A stretch of DNA of 64,000 nucleotides, taken from NCBI GenBank assembly GCA_010909165.1, contig MU008187.1, forward strand, positions 500,247 to 564,246, given 5' to 3'. The position numbers and the translations under genes were made by a program. The notes under the pieces are model-generated. The model worked only from the letters and a program-made list of their open reading frames with translations, had not been told where the DNA came from and did not search any database. Positions 1 to 14,189 of this stretch are shown one piece after another. Origin of the DNA: Anthoceros angustus. Lineage: Eukaryota > Plantae > Anthocerotophyta. Within the stretch, counting starts at the first letter, position 1. Every line of letters begins with the position of its first letter.

Positions 1-575
1 CCAGAGCTCAGACACTATGCTCCCAACGTTCCTGTCATTCTGGTGGGGACCAAATTAGGTACAAATTCCTCGATCCAAGGGTTGCTGGTTTCTGTGGCTC
101 CTGACTATTGTTGCACGTGTCTCTGAACAAGCTGCTAACTGGCTGTGCTTGCAGATCTGCGCGATGACAAGCAGTTCTTTGCTGACCACCCGGGTGCAGC
201 TCCCATCAGTACATCTCAGGTGAGCTTCTACTAGAAGTTGGTATGACGAGAAGTGCTAGATCTGTGCGAAGAAGGCGCTGTGTGACACTCGCGAATATAT
301 GCAGGGTGAGGAGCTTAGGAAGCAAATTGGCGCTGCTGCGTACATCGAGTGCAGCTCAAAGACTCAACAGGTAACTCCCCTGCGGCTATTTTGACATTTT
401 TTCTATTACAGACGCAACAGAAAAATGAGTGATGTTTGCGAGGACTTGAATCCATCCATGTATTTGTGTTGTCCAGAATGTGAAAGCTGTATTTGATGCG
501 GCCATCAAAGTTGTCCTCCAGCCACCGAAGCAGAAAAAGAAGAAGAAAAAGCAAAAGGGCTGCACGATACTGTAG
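1..575 (+). CDS. ROP: ROP/RAC plant Rho GTPase, 3' exons only (5' part outside window)
   Basis: Exons at about 1-58, 155-219, 306-370 and 478-575 splice at GT-AG. They give [95 protein letters not shown], with a polybasic tail and CaaL prenylation motif. Confidence 0.96.
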
Positions 576-1729
576 TTCCTGGTAGTGATGCATCAGCTGG
601 CCTGGGGACAGAGCGAGACAACACTGTGCCAACTATATTTCGGCAGCAGTTGCTGACAGGATAGTAATCCTTTGTGGTGTAAGTTAGAGTAGTTCGGTTT
701 TCCTTTTCACGCAAGCCCATTTTGTCGCAGATCAACGGGTAGGAGCCGGGCAGCTTAGGCACATGGTGGTGTAGACATGATGAATTGTAGGCGTTTCAAC
801 GCCAGAATTTTTCTGAACACGTGTGGTAAGCGACTTGTTTCTGGCCTTGTCTGGTAGCACTGCAGGTTGCACATGGCATGCAGACTTTGAAGTAGAAGTA
901 GGTGTTATAATTTTCGGCCAACCGAATTCTCGAGAAGAGGTGTGAAATTGAGCAGTGTCTTTGGTGCTTGGACAGCGTGGTGGAAGTCCAAATTCCTCCT
1001 GACAAGTGAGCTCCAGCCTCCAACGAATCTGTGTCAGCCAGTGATCCAGGGTGATGTAAATTCTCTACAAGTGACGCTGGCCTGCCCTCCGCGCCACCAT
1101 GTGGCAGGTGCATTGGGCTCACAGTACCAAGCCCAGCCCCCGAGTCGTTAAAGTACGCACTAGCAGTGGGACCAAGGGGGTCAATGTCGCGGCGACTGGC
1201 TGCCACTTGCGTGGCTGTCAACCCATGCTGCAAGTGTTGCTAGCGGCGAACAAATATTGGTCCCCCGAGAAAGGACGCAAATACGCGAAAAACTCCGCAA
1301 TTTTAACCCAAAAACAGAGAGCAGGAGCAGGAGCAGGCCACACCGGTCTCCTCCCCAACATGCAACGGTGGTCTGTCAAAACCCGACGCCAACCCCAACC
1401 CCGTACTGGGACATCGCAAACCAAGCCCGCCGAGCACCGCCCACTTTCAACGCCGCACGCCACCTCTCTGTATGTACCGTCGGTACTTTCCACTACATAC
1501 GTATGTACTAAGGTAGTCAGACGTTCAGTATGTCTTCGCTGTCACAAAGAAAAAACGCAAGTCTTTGCCTCGGAGGCACGCAACCCCACTGACTTCAGGC
1601 GCTGTGAACATGCAGTACTTCTAAAAACCGAGCGATCGGGGGACCTGGGTGTGTACTGTGAGATGCAGTGCAGCGAAATGCGAGCGTGAGACGGAGCCAG
1701 GGTCATGTCTCATATATGTAACCAACTAG

Positions 1730-3827
1730 CTAATTATACACCATGTACTTTGGTGTGGCACTGAATTTCTGATATCCCTTGATGACTTTGTTCACTGCCT
1801 CCAGGAAGTCCTTCTCTGTTGCAGTTTTCCTCCGAGCTCGGATTGCGTACATTCCAGCTTCGGTGCACACACTCCGGATATCCGCACCTGCACAACGGCG
1901 TGCACTGAGTGAGATGAGGAAGTAAAACTGCAACTGCCAAGCATCCAGAGCCTCGATTTCAAGACCACAGTACCTGTGGAATTGGGGCAGAGCCGGGCAA
2001 GCAGTTCGAATCGGATGTCCCGCTCGCAGTTCATCGTCCGTGTGTGGATCTTGAATATCTGTGTTCTGCTCTCAAGATCTGGTAATCCAAACTCTACCTT
2101 CCTGTCCAGCCGTCCAGGCCGCAGCAACGCTGGGTCCAGTGTATCTGGTCTGAGACGAGAACAAACCTCAGATGACTGATAACGGCAGTTCACCCACAAT
2201 GACCAGGATGGTGCAAATACTGGGCGGGCTGACAACAGAGCCACTGTGCATCTTACCGATTAGTTGCCATCAGAACCTTGATGTTGCCTCGTGCATCAAA
2301 TCCATCAAGCTGGTTCACGATTTCAAGCATAGTGCGTTGTACTTCATTGTCCCCACCCAACCCGTCATCAAACCGGGCTCCTCCAATGGCATCTACTTCG
2401 TCGAAGAAAACAATGCAAGCTTTCTTCGACCTTGCCATCTGTGTTCACCACAAGGACATCAGATGCTTCACCCTTTCAAAGAGAAAGCCTGGCGGCTTTC
2501 AAGCAAGCTCTCACCACAAATGTATGACTCGTTATCATTGGGTAAGGACTCAACAGCAGAGACACAAGCACAGATGGCGATTGGTTGAACCTGAAACAAT
2601 TCTCTGACCATTCGAGCACCTTCTCCGACATACTTCTGTACAAGCTCACTACCAATAACACGGATGAAGCAAGCATCGGTACGATTTGCAACTGCTCGTG
2701 CCAGCAGCGTCTTCCCAGTGCCTGGAGGCCCGTAGCACAGGACGCCCTTGGGTGGGTCAATCCCCAGCTTGACAAACTTCTCAGGGTGCAACATGGGTAA
2801 CTCAACTACCTGCCAGTGGCATAGAGATAAAGATGTCAACAAGGTCCACACTTCAACCAGAGCTGTAAGCGATTAGCAAATGACAAGACCTCACCTCCCT
2901 CATTTTGTTTATCTGTTCTGTGCAACCACCAATGTCATTGTATGTTACGTCTGGCTTTTCCTCCACAGTCATCATAGTGACGCTGGGATCTATTTTCGGG
3001 GGCAAAGGAATTTGTATTTGGTACTTATTCCTGTCAACACTGCACACATATAAACAGAGTCCATTAATCATATCCTGCCACAGAGTAGAGGCTGATTTCT
3101 GAAAGCAACTAGAATCCAGTTGATGGCACACGGCTTGGTGCACGTACCCCACACGCATACCCTCCTCTATGTCAGTTGGAGAAACCCGATCTCCCAGTCC
3201 AACCACGAACTGCAAGCCCCATCGATATCATGACTATGCTGGAAAACTTCAAGGCTGAACACAAGAATTCTGTGCACAACCACAACTTTAAGAGTCCCTA
3301 CTCACTGCTCACTTTAGCAATTTGCTTGACGTTGATGACATACTTAGAGTCATCAGCTCCTGGGTTGATGATCTTCGTGCACCTAGCAACCTGTAGAGGC
3401 TGTTCTTCCTGCATCATTTGCTTATCGGAAACCAGATCCCACTGGCTCGGAGCAGCCAAGCCTGTATCGGACTCCTTAATCCCTGAGAGAGGGAACATTA
3501 CCAACTTCAGAACGAACTAAAGCAATTCAGCTTGTCAGTCCACGCACTATCAAATTGCAGCTGCAGAAGAGGTCCCCACCACACAAATCATTGACCCTCT
3601 TGGCTTTCTCTTTGATGTCCTTCTCCGTCTTCTTAATCAGATATGCATACGGGCCCAGGGTCTGCGACCCAAATTGAAACAGCTTGTGAGCGGTCCCGAC
3701 ATCGGGCAACACGACATCAATGAGTAGAAGCACGCAGACAGTTACATACGTGGGTTTTCAGCAGGGCAATATCATCCTCGTCCAAAGGCCGCGGATTCTT
3801 CTCGTCTCCAATGTCGGCGTCCGCCAT
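1730..3827 (-). CDS. RPT1: 26S proteasome AAA-ATPase regulatory subunit 7 (RPT1), copy A, multi-exon
   Basis: Starts [24 protein letters not shown]. Contains Walker A GPPGTGKT, Walker B IVFFDEVD and the SRH motif [18 protein letters not shown]. Ends [12 protein letters not shown]. Confidence 0.96.
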
Positions 3828-4092
3828 TTCCCCAACAGCCTTCAATCGATGAGTGCTCTTGGTTGGTCACGTGGTACCGCCGAGCAGGCAACTGTTCGAG
3901 AGACCTTACCGAAACCCTTATTTTAGGTTTAACCCCAGACTGCCTAAGCCTAGTTCTATTCTTATTTTAATTTACTAGGTAGCCAATTATTTATTTATTT
4001 TACTATTTTATTGGTTATCCCGGCTGGCAAGCAGTAGGCAGAACAGTAGCATCGCTCCAACCTTCGCGGCCGTTATACCGTGGTTTCTTGGG

Positions 4093-5988
4093 GCTTGTCG
4101 CTTTAGGATATGTTGTTACACGGTTTGAAACTCAATAATGAGTTTAGACCTTCCAAAGCTAGACAAGAAAATAAAAGGATGTAACCGGGTATGCATATGC
4201 GACATTCTCATATGAGACGCACCGCTCACAACATTTTGATCCCCGCTTCTTATACCATGGGCTGAAGAAAGATGCATCAGCTACCATCACCACTCTGCAT
4301 GAGTTTACTAAATTTGGTACCTAATTGTAAGTGAAGCACGATATTCGGAATTGTGAAGAGGGCCATTGCAGCCCCGAGTTGAGGTTCTAGTTTGTGGAGA
4401 CGGAGCTGGGTATTCAGCACTTCAAGCGGAGTTCCTTAAGGAGGATTGGAGTATTTATGATGCGAGTTCCTTTCAAGCAGGCGATTCTTTTGGTGTGAGT
4501 CGTAAGGATTTTCAAGCTGTAGTGACCGAGATATCAGTCGCGAATAGTTTTTGCTCATTTCGGACTCCTAGAGCATATTGTAATGGTAGATATATGGCGC
4601 TGCTTCTCACATGCATCCAACACACATGGTTCACATTCACCATGACACATACATCCTCTCTCTAGACATGTCATATGCATCCACATGTCATCCTTCATCT
4701 TCACATGCATACATGACACACATGCATACATGGCATACATGTCATGTGTAGGCCATCCATGGGCCATGTACATGACATCATCAAGCACTTCAGCATCAGG
4801 GCTTATGCCCGGGATGCTCCAGTAAGTATCCAGTTCATTTTAGCATTCAGGGCTTATGCCCAGGATGCTCTAGTCAGTATCCAGTCATAGAGTCTCGGTG
4901 CTCTGTTCTCCATACAGCAACAGCATGACACTTACTCTTCCTGCGAGCTTGGTCAGCCTGTGCATGCAGAAGTTCCTCCTTCAAAACGATATCCTTCCTC
5001 GTAGCTACCCGTGCCCACTTTCGCTCCTCATTTCTGGTCCGAATTAGACCCTTGCTCAGCTTGTCGCTTTAGGATATGTTGTTACACGGTTTGAAACTCA
5101 ATAATGAGTTTAGACCTTCCAAAGCTAGACAAGAAAATAAAAGGATGTAACCGGTATGCATATGCGACATTCTCATATGAGACGCACCGCTCACAACATT
5201 TTGATCCCCGCTTCTTATACCATGGGCTGAAGAAAGATGCATCAGCTACCATCACCACTGCATGAGTTTACTAAATTTGGTACCTAATTGTAAGTGAAGC
5301 ACGATATTCGAATTGTGAAGAGGGCCATTGCAGCCCCGAGTTGAGGTTCTAGTTTGTGGAGACTGAGTCGGGTATTCAGACTTGCCGGAGTTCCTTAAGG
5401 AGGATTGGAGTATTTATGATGCGAGTTCCTTCAAGCAAAGCGATTCTTTTGGTGTGTGAGTCGTAAGGATTTTCAAGTCAGAGTGACCGAGATATCAGTC
5501 GCGAATAGTTTTTGCTCATTTCTGACTCCTAGAGCATATTGTAATGGTAGATATATGGCGCTTCACATGCATCCAACACACATGGTTCACATTCACCATG
5601 ACACATACATCCTCTCTCTAGACATGTCATATGCATCCACATGTCATCCTTCATCTTCACATGCACATGACACACATGCATACATGGCATACATGTCATG
5701 TAGGCCATCCATGGGCCATGTACATGACATCATCACACTCAAAGATCGTGGCTTATGCCCGGATGCTCCAGAAGTATCCAGTTCATTTTAGCATCTGTGG
5801 CTTATGCCCAGATGCTCTAGTCGATCCTCATAGAGTCTCTGCTCTCCATACAAAGATGACACTTACTCTTCCCGCGAGCTTGGTCACTGTGCGTAAGTTC
5901 CTCCTTCAAAACGATATCCTTCCTCGTAGCTACCCGTGCCCACTCGCCTCCTCATTTCGGGTCCGAATTAGACCCTTGCTCGCTTGTC
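4093..5988. repeat. Head-to-tail dimer of a ~0.92-0.97 kb unit with a CATG-rich core; probable retroelement terminal/LTR-like sequence
   Basis: 4093-5058 and 5059-5981 align along their length, differing mainly by small indels. GCTTGTC occurs at all three junctions (4093, 5059, 5982). The dimer lies 3' of the minus-strand integrase relic. Confidence 0.85.
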
Positions 5989-5989
5989 A

Positions 5990-7636
5990 CCTCCACTGCA
6001 CCTCTTCTCACAATTCCTTGCCTTCGCAGAGCACTGGCTTCTCGCAACAACTCTGCCTGCCCCTTAGCATATGCAGCATCCCATTCTGCAATTTTGGCCT
6101 GAAGCCTCTTATGTCTCTCTTCACATGCACACTTAGCCACCACCTTCGCCATCCCTTCCTTCAAGTTGTGTGAATTTAAGACAACATCAGGACCACCTTC
6201 TGCAAGAGCCACGTTCACACTTAGCACATTACAGTGCTCACATAGCCATTCTCCTCCGGAACACCGTCCTCTGGTTTGAGAAAGGCAGATGGTAACCACT
6301 ACACTGTCACATAGCAACATGAATTCTTCGCTTGTGTGCCCACACTCCTCTGTGGCAACCGGTGGCGCCTGTGCCCGAGGCATGCCTGTAGTATCCAGAC
6401 GTGCAAATGGCATGGAGCCAAATGCTTCATGTGCTCCTTGCACCTTCTGCCATCCCTTCCTTCAAGTTCAACCACACCCTGCTCACCAACTTGCACAACT
6501 CTCAAGATAAGCCTCCCTATGCTGACATCCAACGTGCTTGCAGGCCTGTGCTACAAGTACACATAATCTCTAGGAGCAAACTTGCGAGCTTTGGGCTTCC
6601 ACGAGCCCCCCCGCGTGTGAGCATACCTCAGCTGGTCCCGATGCTGGGCCACAGCCAAATTGTCCATAGCCATAGGAAGAATTCTTTGAAACACCGCCTG
6701 CTTGAACTCGTGCTAAGCACACATTTGCATCTTTGCTCCAACAATGTGGATGGGGTAAGTGTCCTTCACTACATTCGGCAACATCAAGGCCCAAATAACA
6801 AAAATATGGATCGAAACTCCCAAGAGCTACTTGCACACTGACCCTGTACCCCAACACGATGTAAGGGAGCAATTCATCCCAACACTTGGGCTCCACAAGA
6901 ATGCAAGATTCCTTAGTGCATCCTTGAAGGTCTCGTGACTAGTTTTCCGCTGTGCCATCGGCTGGTGATCCTCGATGTCCTCCGTGATCGATGGGACTCG
7001 CCCGAAGGTCGAATTAACCTCAAACTCGTTACTCGTTAGAGCACCTCCGCAGCCCCAAATCGGCTGAGCACACACTGCAGAAAAGCTCTGCTGGTGTAAT
7101 GCGAAGTTCTCTGTGGCAAGAACGCTACTTCAACTCACTTAGAGAAATGCTCAATCATGACCATGCAATGTCGGTTACCTTGCTTCGTGAGAGGAAGCTC
7201 TGGCATAAGGTCAACCGACCATCTAAAAAATAGTCCCCTGATTGGCTTTGACTGCATCACATGCAGCACACTTAGCCACCACCTTCTCGACATCTACATA
7301 CATCCCTGACCAGAAATACGTATTTTTCAGCATGTGGTGTGTCCTCTTCACACCAAAGTGGCCAAGGGTTTCGTGCACCTTGGTCACTATGCCAACTCTT
7401 TCCTCAGGACCTGGAACTTTCCTCATGAGTTCTCCTTCTGATAGCAGCAGCTCACCATTTTCCCATGAGTATCTGGCCATGCGCCTTCTGAGTTTAGCCA
7501 AGCATGCTTCAGTCATTCCTGGCACTATGCCTTCCTTCAGCAACTGTAGGGCTTGAGGATGTCTCCAAACATCCCTGACGGACTCTTTCAGCACATGTCC
7601 TTCTTCATGCTCATCTGTCCTGGCCATGAGTGCCAT
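5990..7636 (-). mobile_element. Ty3/Gypsy retrotransposon integrase relic (internally deleted)
   Basis: Integrase Zn-binding module VHETLGHFGVKRTHHMLKNTYFWSGMYVDVEKVVAKCAACD (7223-7636). Core C-terminal segment WDELLPYIVLGYRVSVQVALG (6570-6896). No RT or RNase H visible. Confidence 0.85.
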
Positions 7637-7689
7637 GAAGCTGTTGGGTGCACCACCTATGTGCCCCTCATCCTGTCGAGCTCCTGTGA

Positions 7690-9024
7690 CCTGCCCACCT
7701 CACACGTGCATAGAAGAAGGCGTAAAAGTCCTGCCCTATCGGCTATTGCTGAAGGTGAAGCGTCAGAAGGGGAAGCGCCACCGTCACTCAAGCGCAAGAG
7801 GGGACGACCACGCAAGTATCCCATATCATGGAAGCTCAGCAGGAGCTCGGGGCGAACCGGTCTCAACTCAGGGAGCGGACAGTCAGAGCTGACAGCAGCA
7901 GGAGAACACTAAGGTCGCCTCCTCACAACAGGGCAGCGGAGCACACCACCTACCTCCCAAGACAGCTGGAGCGTGCCTCTGAGCCTGCTCAGATACACCA
8001 TGTTTGTCGACCTTCGGCTGGTGCTGTGAATTCTAGGGTTGCACCCAAGACTGGCAGCTTTCATCCTCCACAGCAGCCATGGAGGAAGTCTCGAACGAGC
8101 GACGAGGAGGTGCTGGAAGCTGTGCCCTCCAGAGTGTGCTATGAGTGCCTCCAATTCAAGCCCGTTTCTCAGAGCAGGCTGGGACCCCAGTTTGTAGATG
8201 ATGAAGACGTGGGTAAGTGGAGCCTCTTCTATTCACGCCAGTATGATCGAGAACGAGGCATTCCACCTGCAAGTTATGATGAGCTTCACATCTTCTTACT
8301 GTATGTCGAGGAGCATCATGAAAGCTGCAGGGTGGAGTATTATCCCAGTGAACACCGGGATTTATTTGAGCTCTAGCGCCGGGGTCACAAGTGCTTGCCC
8401 TGGGTCTGGACAAGCTATACAGAGGGTGCATGGAGAAAGCTGCAGCATCACTTTCAGATGCATCAATGGTTTGACGGGATGAGATTGCCAGCAGAATTCA
8501 TTGACTGGGGAGACACATACCCTCGTCGCTTGGTTTTTCTCAAGGAATGGTTTCGAGTGTTCTATCATTTGCAGACAGGCCATCATGTGGTAGGATGGCC
8601 TCGTCAGTTTTACATTCTGACCAACAAACTGAGGACCCCTCATGTTGATCAGCGTGCTTGGACTCGAGAGGAGAAGGATGCATTCAACTGTCTCAAGAGG
8701 CTCGCCAGCCCACATATCTACACTTCCTGTAATTTACCATTTTTCAATTACCCAACTCAGGAAGCTTACAATAGAGACATGGATGCCGGACAGGATGGCA
8801 TACATCCTGTTTTTAGTCAGCTCGATGCACACAAGCGCTTTGCGGAAGAACAGGTTGACCATCTCTCTGGATTCAAGCTGCCTAGCGAGATTGAGATCAA
8901 ACAGGAGCTAGGAGAAGACCCATCAGATGATGAGGACCTTGAAGATGACTCCATTCCTCCTCCGCAGGCAGAGCCACCCTCAGTGTTGGACAAGTTGCGT
9001 TTTCGATGGTGGGGGCGTCGCTAA
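7690..9024 (+). pseudogene. Long ORF of unknown function, antisense to the integrase relic; one in-frame TAG; AT-hook-like motif upstream
   Basis: ORFs 7828-8376 and 8395-9024 are in the same frame, separated by a single TAG at 8374-8376. KRKRGRPRK lies just upstream in a neighbouring frame. The C-terminus is acidic (DPSDDEDLEDD). Confidence 0.5.
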
Positions 9025-9429
9025 GCAGCTGTGTGTTTTTCTAGGCCAGATGGTCTAGACAATTTTGTGGGAAACCTGGTGGCTAGGCCTCCAAGTTTCC
9101 TGGTAAGGCCCGGCCTGTCTCACTTAGGCGCATCAGAACGATCCGACTTGGAAACCGCTGGGACGTGCCTGGAAGTGTTTTTTTGTTTTTTTGGGACGTG
9201 CACCGGAAGTGTTTTTTTGTTTTTTTGCGGTGGTGTGTGAAAATAAGTCGGGTTGGTAGTAGGCAGAGGTATTTATAGAAGAAATGCCCTTGGCCTATGG
9301 ATTCTTTTCTTTCCTTTCTTGTTTTGATTTTTAAGTTAGAAAATAAATGGTCCGGGAATTTGGTGTTCCTTGGCCCATGGACTCGGAATGTTCCTAAAAA
9401 GTCTATATATGTGAGATAGGGGGGGGTTG

Positions 9430-12400
9430 GAATAATTAGAGTGTGATAGGTCTATAAGTTTGGGGTCGACCGACGGGCGGTAGCTGAATGAGTGTGGGGT
9501 TGTGGATTGGGATGCGGGGAAGCGGTCGTAGAGGTCGAACAGGAGTAGGGGAACCTGGGAAACTTGACCCTAGGAATGATGTAATCCTGCTCAAACAACG
9601 GAGCGCAACGGCGGCCGGACGGAGCGAGCGAGCGACGACGGTCAAGCGCGACGAAGTCGAGGAGCCGTGGTCCGGGGCACCGCGATCGCAGGAGGCGCGA
9701 GGCGCAACGACGGCGGGAAGGAGCTCAACCCCATCGACATCGCGAGGCGCGACGCAGAGGAGGAAGGCGCGATGCATGCGCCCTTGCCGAGGAGGTAGGA
9801 ACCCCGAGACCGACCCCCGTGAAATTCGCAGCGAGGTGGCGTTGGTTTGTGGCGCGAGACCAGAAGACTGTGAGAGGGATGGCGCCAAGGTCACCACCGA
9901 AATTGTGCTTGCCCAATGGCCGAACATGGATCATTGGAAAGTTCGAGCTGGTGAAGGAGTCAAGCCGGGTTTCATGGAAGAGCGGTGGAATTACATGAAC
10001 TGGACCGGTGCAGGAGTGTGCGCACACCAAGGACAAAACAAAGGGGATTTAGAGCGAAGCCGCAGGATTGGGACCGGAGTCGGGTTAGAAGGGTGTATGG
10101 GCGCAGAAGGAGGAGGCGGGCGGTTTGGTGATGGAGCCGCCCAGAAAAGAAGCACGGCAAGAGCACCGCCCGTTAAAGCGGGCGACGCGAACCCAACGGC
10201 CGGTTGACGAGGGATTTGGCAACGCAGCTTGATGGGTCCGCCAGTGGTTCCTATGTTTCGCAGACAAGAAGTGTGATTATTTGTCCGACCACTTGCCGCC
10301 GCTCCTTCATGAAGTGGTCAAGGGGCGAAGATCGATTGAGGCGAATTCTCTTGACAAGTTGTGTGAAGAGAGGTTGAACTTGATTTCCTCCGCCTCGCCC
10401 TCTCTAATCTCACCATTTCGTCCATCTTTATGTTTACGCTAACTGCCCCGCCAGAGGTGGAGATTGTAGCCTCCACATGTGGAAGCCGCTAGGGAGGTGA
10501 AGTGGAAGGCGGAGGAGCCCAAGGAGGAAAAATCGATAGCCGGGAGGAGGAAAAATCGATAGCCGGGAGGAGGAGAAGGAAATTCCCACCGGCAAGAGGA
10601 AGACCGGGGTGAAAGGCGGCATCAACAAAAAGGTGAAGGCGGATGCTGGCCACTGTGTCGAAAACCAAGGCCATGAAAATGAAAGCCAAACCAGCTGGAG
10701 GTGGCGTAAGAGGAGGCGCGATCCGAGGACAATTTTGCTGACCTGGATGCAGATGATGAATCAACTCCGGAGGGTTTAGGGCTGACCTCAGAAGCGGACC
10801 CCTCCTCAGCATGGGAAGAGATTTTCAAGGGGACTCCACTGGCAACAGAGGTGGATGCAACCGAATTGGTGAGGGTGCGCACCTTGCTGGGGAGGAAAGT
10901 TCTCGACAGAGGGATGGCGTCTGGCGCGGGGCCGCCACAACAAGTGGACTTGCAGGAGCTGACCACGTCGATGATCCGGGCCCAAGCAGATTTGTTGGAT
11001 CAAGCGGCTTTAGCTCTCACGGCTCGATGTGCGGGCGGCGGAGGAAGTGGTGAAGGCCAGTTTGACGAAGAGGAGGCCAAGCGCAAGCAATTGGAGGAAG
11101 ACAAGCGGAACCTAGAGGAAATAAGGGCCAAGATTCAAGAAGATTTGTGTGGCCTGTGAGAAGTTGCAAGCCATGACGAGCCAGGAAGCACTCATGGCTC
11201 AAATTAAGGATGCCCACGAGACGAACCAGAGATGCAGGGGAGTTGTTGCAGCCCAGAGCGTGAGGCGGCCTCGGTGGAAAAGGCCCATAAGCTAGCGAGC
11301 GATAAACGGAGCGGATGAGGCACGTACGGGCCGTAAAAGACAAAGGGAAGGGGAAGCGGGGTAGCAGGACCACGACTGGAGTAGCGGAAGGAACTACCGA
11401 GCGGAAGGAAGCAGCAACCGAGGTAGCCGAAACCTCACCTACCAAGGTTGCTGAACGAACGACGGTCGTGGAGTCCACTACCGCGGTAGTCGAAACCGCT
11501 ACCGACATTGGCGCAACCAACCCGGAAGCGTGGGGGCGACAGGTGCGACGTGGCGCCGCGAGGACATAGGCTGCAACTGTGTAGCCTACGGAGGAGGGGT
11601 AAGCACCTCACCGCATAGGGGTCCTATTATATTACGGCACATGGATGAGGAAACTTATGTTCCCGGTCTATATGTGAATGGAGAACGCGGCTTAACCTCA
11701 CCGCCCATGTGCGTGTGGAAATAGGAGGGACTGTGGCCTACCATCGCAAGTGAGGACCCAGTGCATACTTCTACCATCGCCTGGGGGTTGGCTCCCTATT
11801 ATGCGGAGGCGACTTTGGAGGAGTTGAGCGAGGAGGAGGTCCAGCTTGGGTGGACGAGGAACCGAATAATCCTCAAAGAATAGGCCAAAGATGGAAGATG
11901 CGGAAGCCCTGTAAGGTGGTACACCTCAAATTCGACGCCCAGCAGGATGTGAGGTGGAAGTAGTGTGGGAGAACCCGTCCACCAGCAAGGTGAGAGCTCG
12001 TGGCGGCAATGGAGGATGTGGGCGGCAGCCAAGTCGAGGTAGGGCGCAGACAGCGAGGTGAGGTGGTAGCAACCTAAAGATAATTTGGTTAGGTGTGATC
12101 GACCTAGGATCGCCCGAATTGTGGGCGCCCTTCGTGATAGCCATCTTAGGACCTAAAAATCCGGGCATGGTGCCCCACCGATGTATAAGAGGGGCGACTA
12201 GGTCCCTCACGCAGATAACTCGGTTGAGATCCCCACGCCTGTGGCTGGTTGGAGACGTCCGATTGACAGAGGTGGTGCGCGACGCCCTAGGGGTGGTCGA
12301 GAGCTTGCTCCGCAACCGGGGAGGAGGGGTGATAGAGCAATCTTGCTGACAAAGGAGGAGGAAACCAAGGGATTGGCGGGTCCGGAGCTTGCTCGTAACG

Positions 12401-13250
12401 CCCGCTGTGACGCCTGGGGTTCTTCTTTCCTTCACCCTTGTTCCTGCTAGTTGTGTTCAAATTGAGAGAGAAGTGTGGAGTGGATGGTTGAAGCCCGAGG
12501 CGAATTGAGAGGAGAGAGAGAGAGAAGATTGGGTGAAGGAGTGATTGAGCAATCAGACGCTGGCGCGAGGTGTGAGAGAGGAGAAGAGGAAACGAATTGT
12601 GAAAGTGAACGGTGGGAAATTGGTGTGAGTGGATTGTGAAAACTCAAACCGGGCTGGCAGTGGAAAGTGCACAAGGGGAACAGAGCTCCTGGAAATGTGG
12701 CGTTTTGTGTGTGTGTGTGGAACGGGTGTGAGATGTCTTGGGAGCTCCCGTCCCTAGAAGTCGGTGTGAGTATGAAGTGTGAGTGGAATGAGATTTGCGG
12801 TCGTGGAATGAGATTTGCGGTCGTGGAATGAGATTTGCGGTCGTGGAATGAGTGGCTAGGGTTGGTGTGGGACCCACCTCGGTAGTCGTAGCAACTACCC
12901 GGTAGTGGAATGAGATTTGCGGTCGTGGAATGAGATTTGCGGTCGTTGGACAAGTCGGGGGGTAGTAGTAGTTGAGTAGATAGGTAAGAGGAGTGATAGC
13001 AGGTAAGTCCTGACTTAGGCAAGGGTCAGTAGTGATAGAAGTTAGCGTCTCTTGGCACAAACCATTCCCTTGGGAGCGAATCCTAGGCCTACAACGACAT
13101 TGAGGGTGAATGTGGACCTCACGGTGTCCCTAGACACAAATTCACACTCCACACAGACCCAGTCCCTTTTATATCCTTGCCCTTGGTCATAGGCCAAGGA
13201 CAATTTATGGCTAGGTTGTTGCTCTAGGGCCATAGGCCAAGGAGATCGCA
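9430..13250. mobile_element. Uncharacterised TE-like block with degenerate plus-strand ORFs and a GT-rich, minisatellite-bearing end
   Basis: Fragmented ORFs, e.g. coiled-coil DEEEAKRKQLEEDKRNLEEIRAKIQ at 10851-11159. No splice-consistent host gene. Short internal duplications. Flanked by other TE relics. Confidence 0.4.
12785..12946. repeat. 20-bp minisatellite GGAATGAGATTTGCGGTCGT (3 copies plus a partial, then 2 more)
   Basis: Exact copies at 12785, 12805, 12825, 12907 and 12927. Confidence 0.95.
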
Positions 13251-14189
13251 GGCAGGCTGGTGCTTAGAGACTTAGCTTTGTGGACAGGCTAGGTGGGCAT
13301 GCAGCTATGCGGCTGCTGCGCGACATAATCTTGAACTTACCCTTCAGTTATTACATGTAGTTGCTCGTGTAGTTGCTGCAATTCCGAAAACCGTTACCAA
13401 GTGTGAGTACATTAGTGTCTGTGCAATCAATCCCAACGCTCTCTTGTGATTTGCTTTCGTGACTCGATCGTTCTCAATGCCACTGCCTACCACCGTTGCC
13501 CATTTCCAGGCGATTGAAAATCTTTATGGTTTCAGCGGCGATGATTGCACGGATGCGTTGTAGGCGGTCATATTCTCAGGATGCCAAAGCGTAGAGTGCA
13601 AGGCCTCGTGCAGCGCCAACTGCCCTCTCAAACGCGCAATCCCAATCCAACTTGTGATGAGTGCAGGCAGTCTAGGCAATCAGTGCGGACGCCGATAAGA
13701 GGAACTTACGCACGTGAGAAGAGAAGCCGCTGCCCCGAAACAGTACCTGTGTTGATTGGAATAGTAGCAAGAAACTTCTCTCAAGCCCAACACACTGTTG
13801 CATCTAGTCACTATGATGAGCCAACTTTCAGCATCTCAGCACGAACCTATCATTGAATGCGTGCGCAGAGAGAACTTGTTGAGCATCTGGCTGAGATGAT
13901 TCAATCACTTAACCAATTGTGTCTGAACAACTTTGCATTAGCTGAGAAAGTCAATTACCCTTGCACCAAGCCTGGTTCTTTCTTTTTTCGTCGATGACTT
14001 TGTAGCCTGTATACATTCAGACGACAGCTCTGAGCAGGAAGATGAGATAGTTGATCTGTCCTTCTTATTTTATGACTCAGACTCTGATACAGACTCACAT
14101 TTTGATTTCTCTCCTCATGCTATGCAACTTAAGTTGCTCCTACAGGCTAGGTCACATTATAGATTGGTGAGTAACACCATCCTAGCAAG

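Noticed and set aside
796-1689. ORFs between ROP and RPT1
   Set aside because: No motifs or splice-consistent structure; likely UTR or intergenic sequence between convergent genes.
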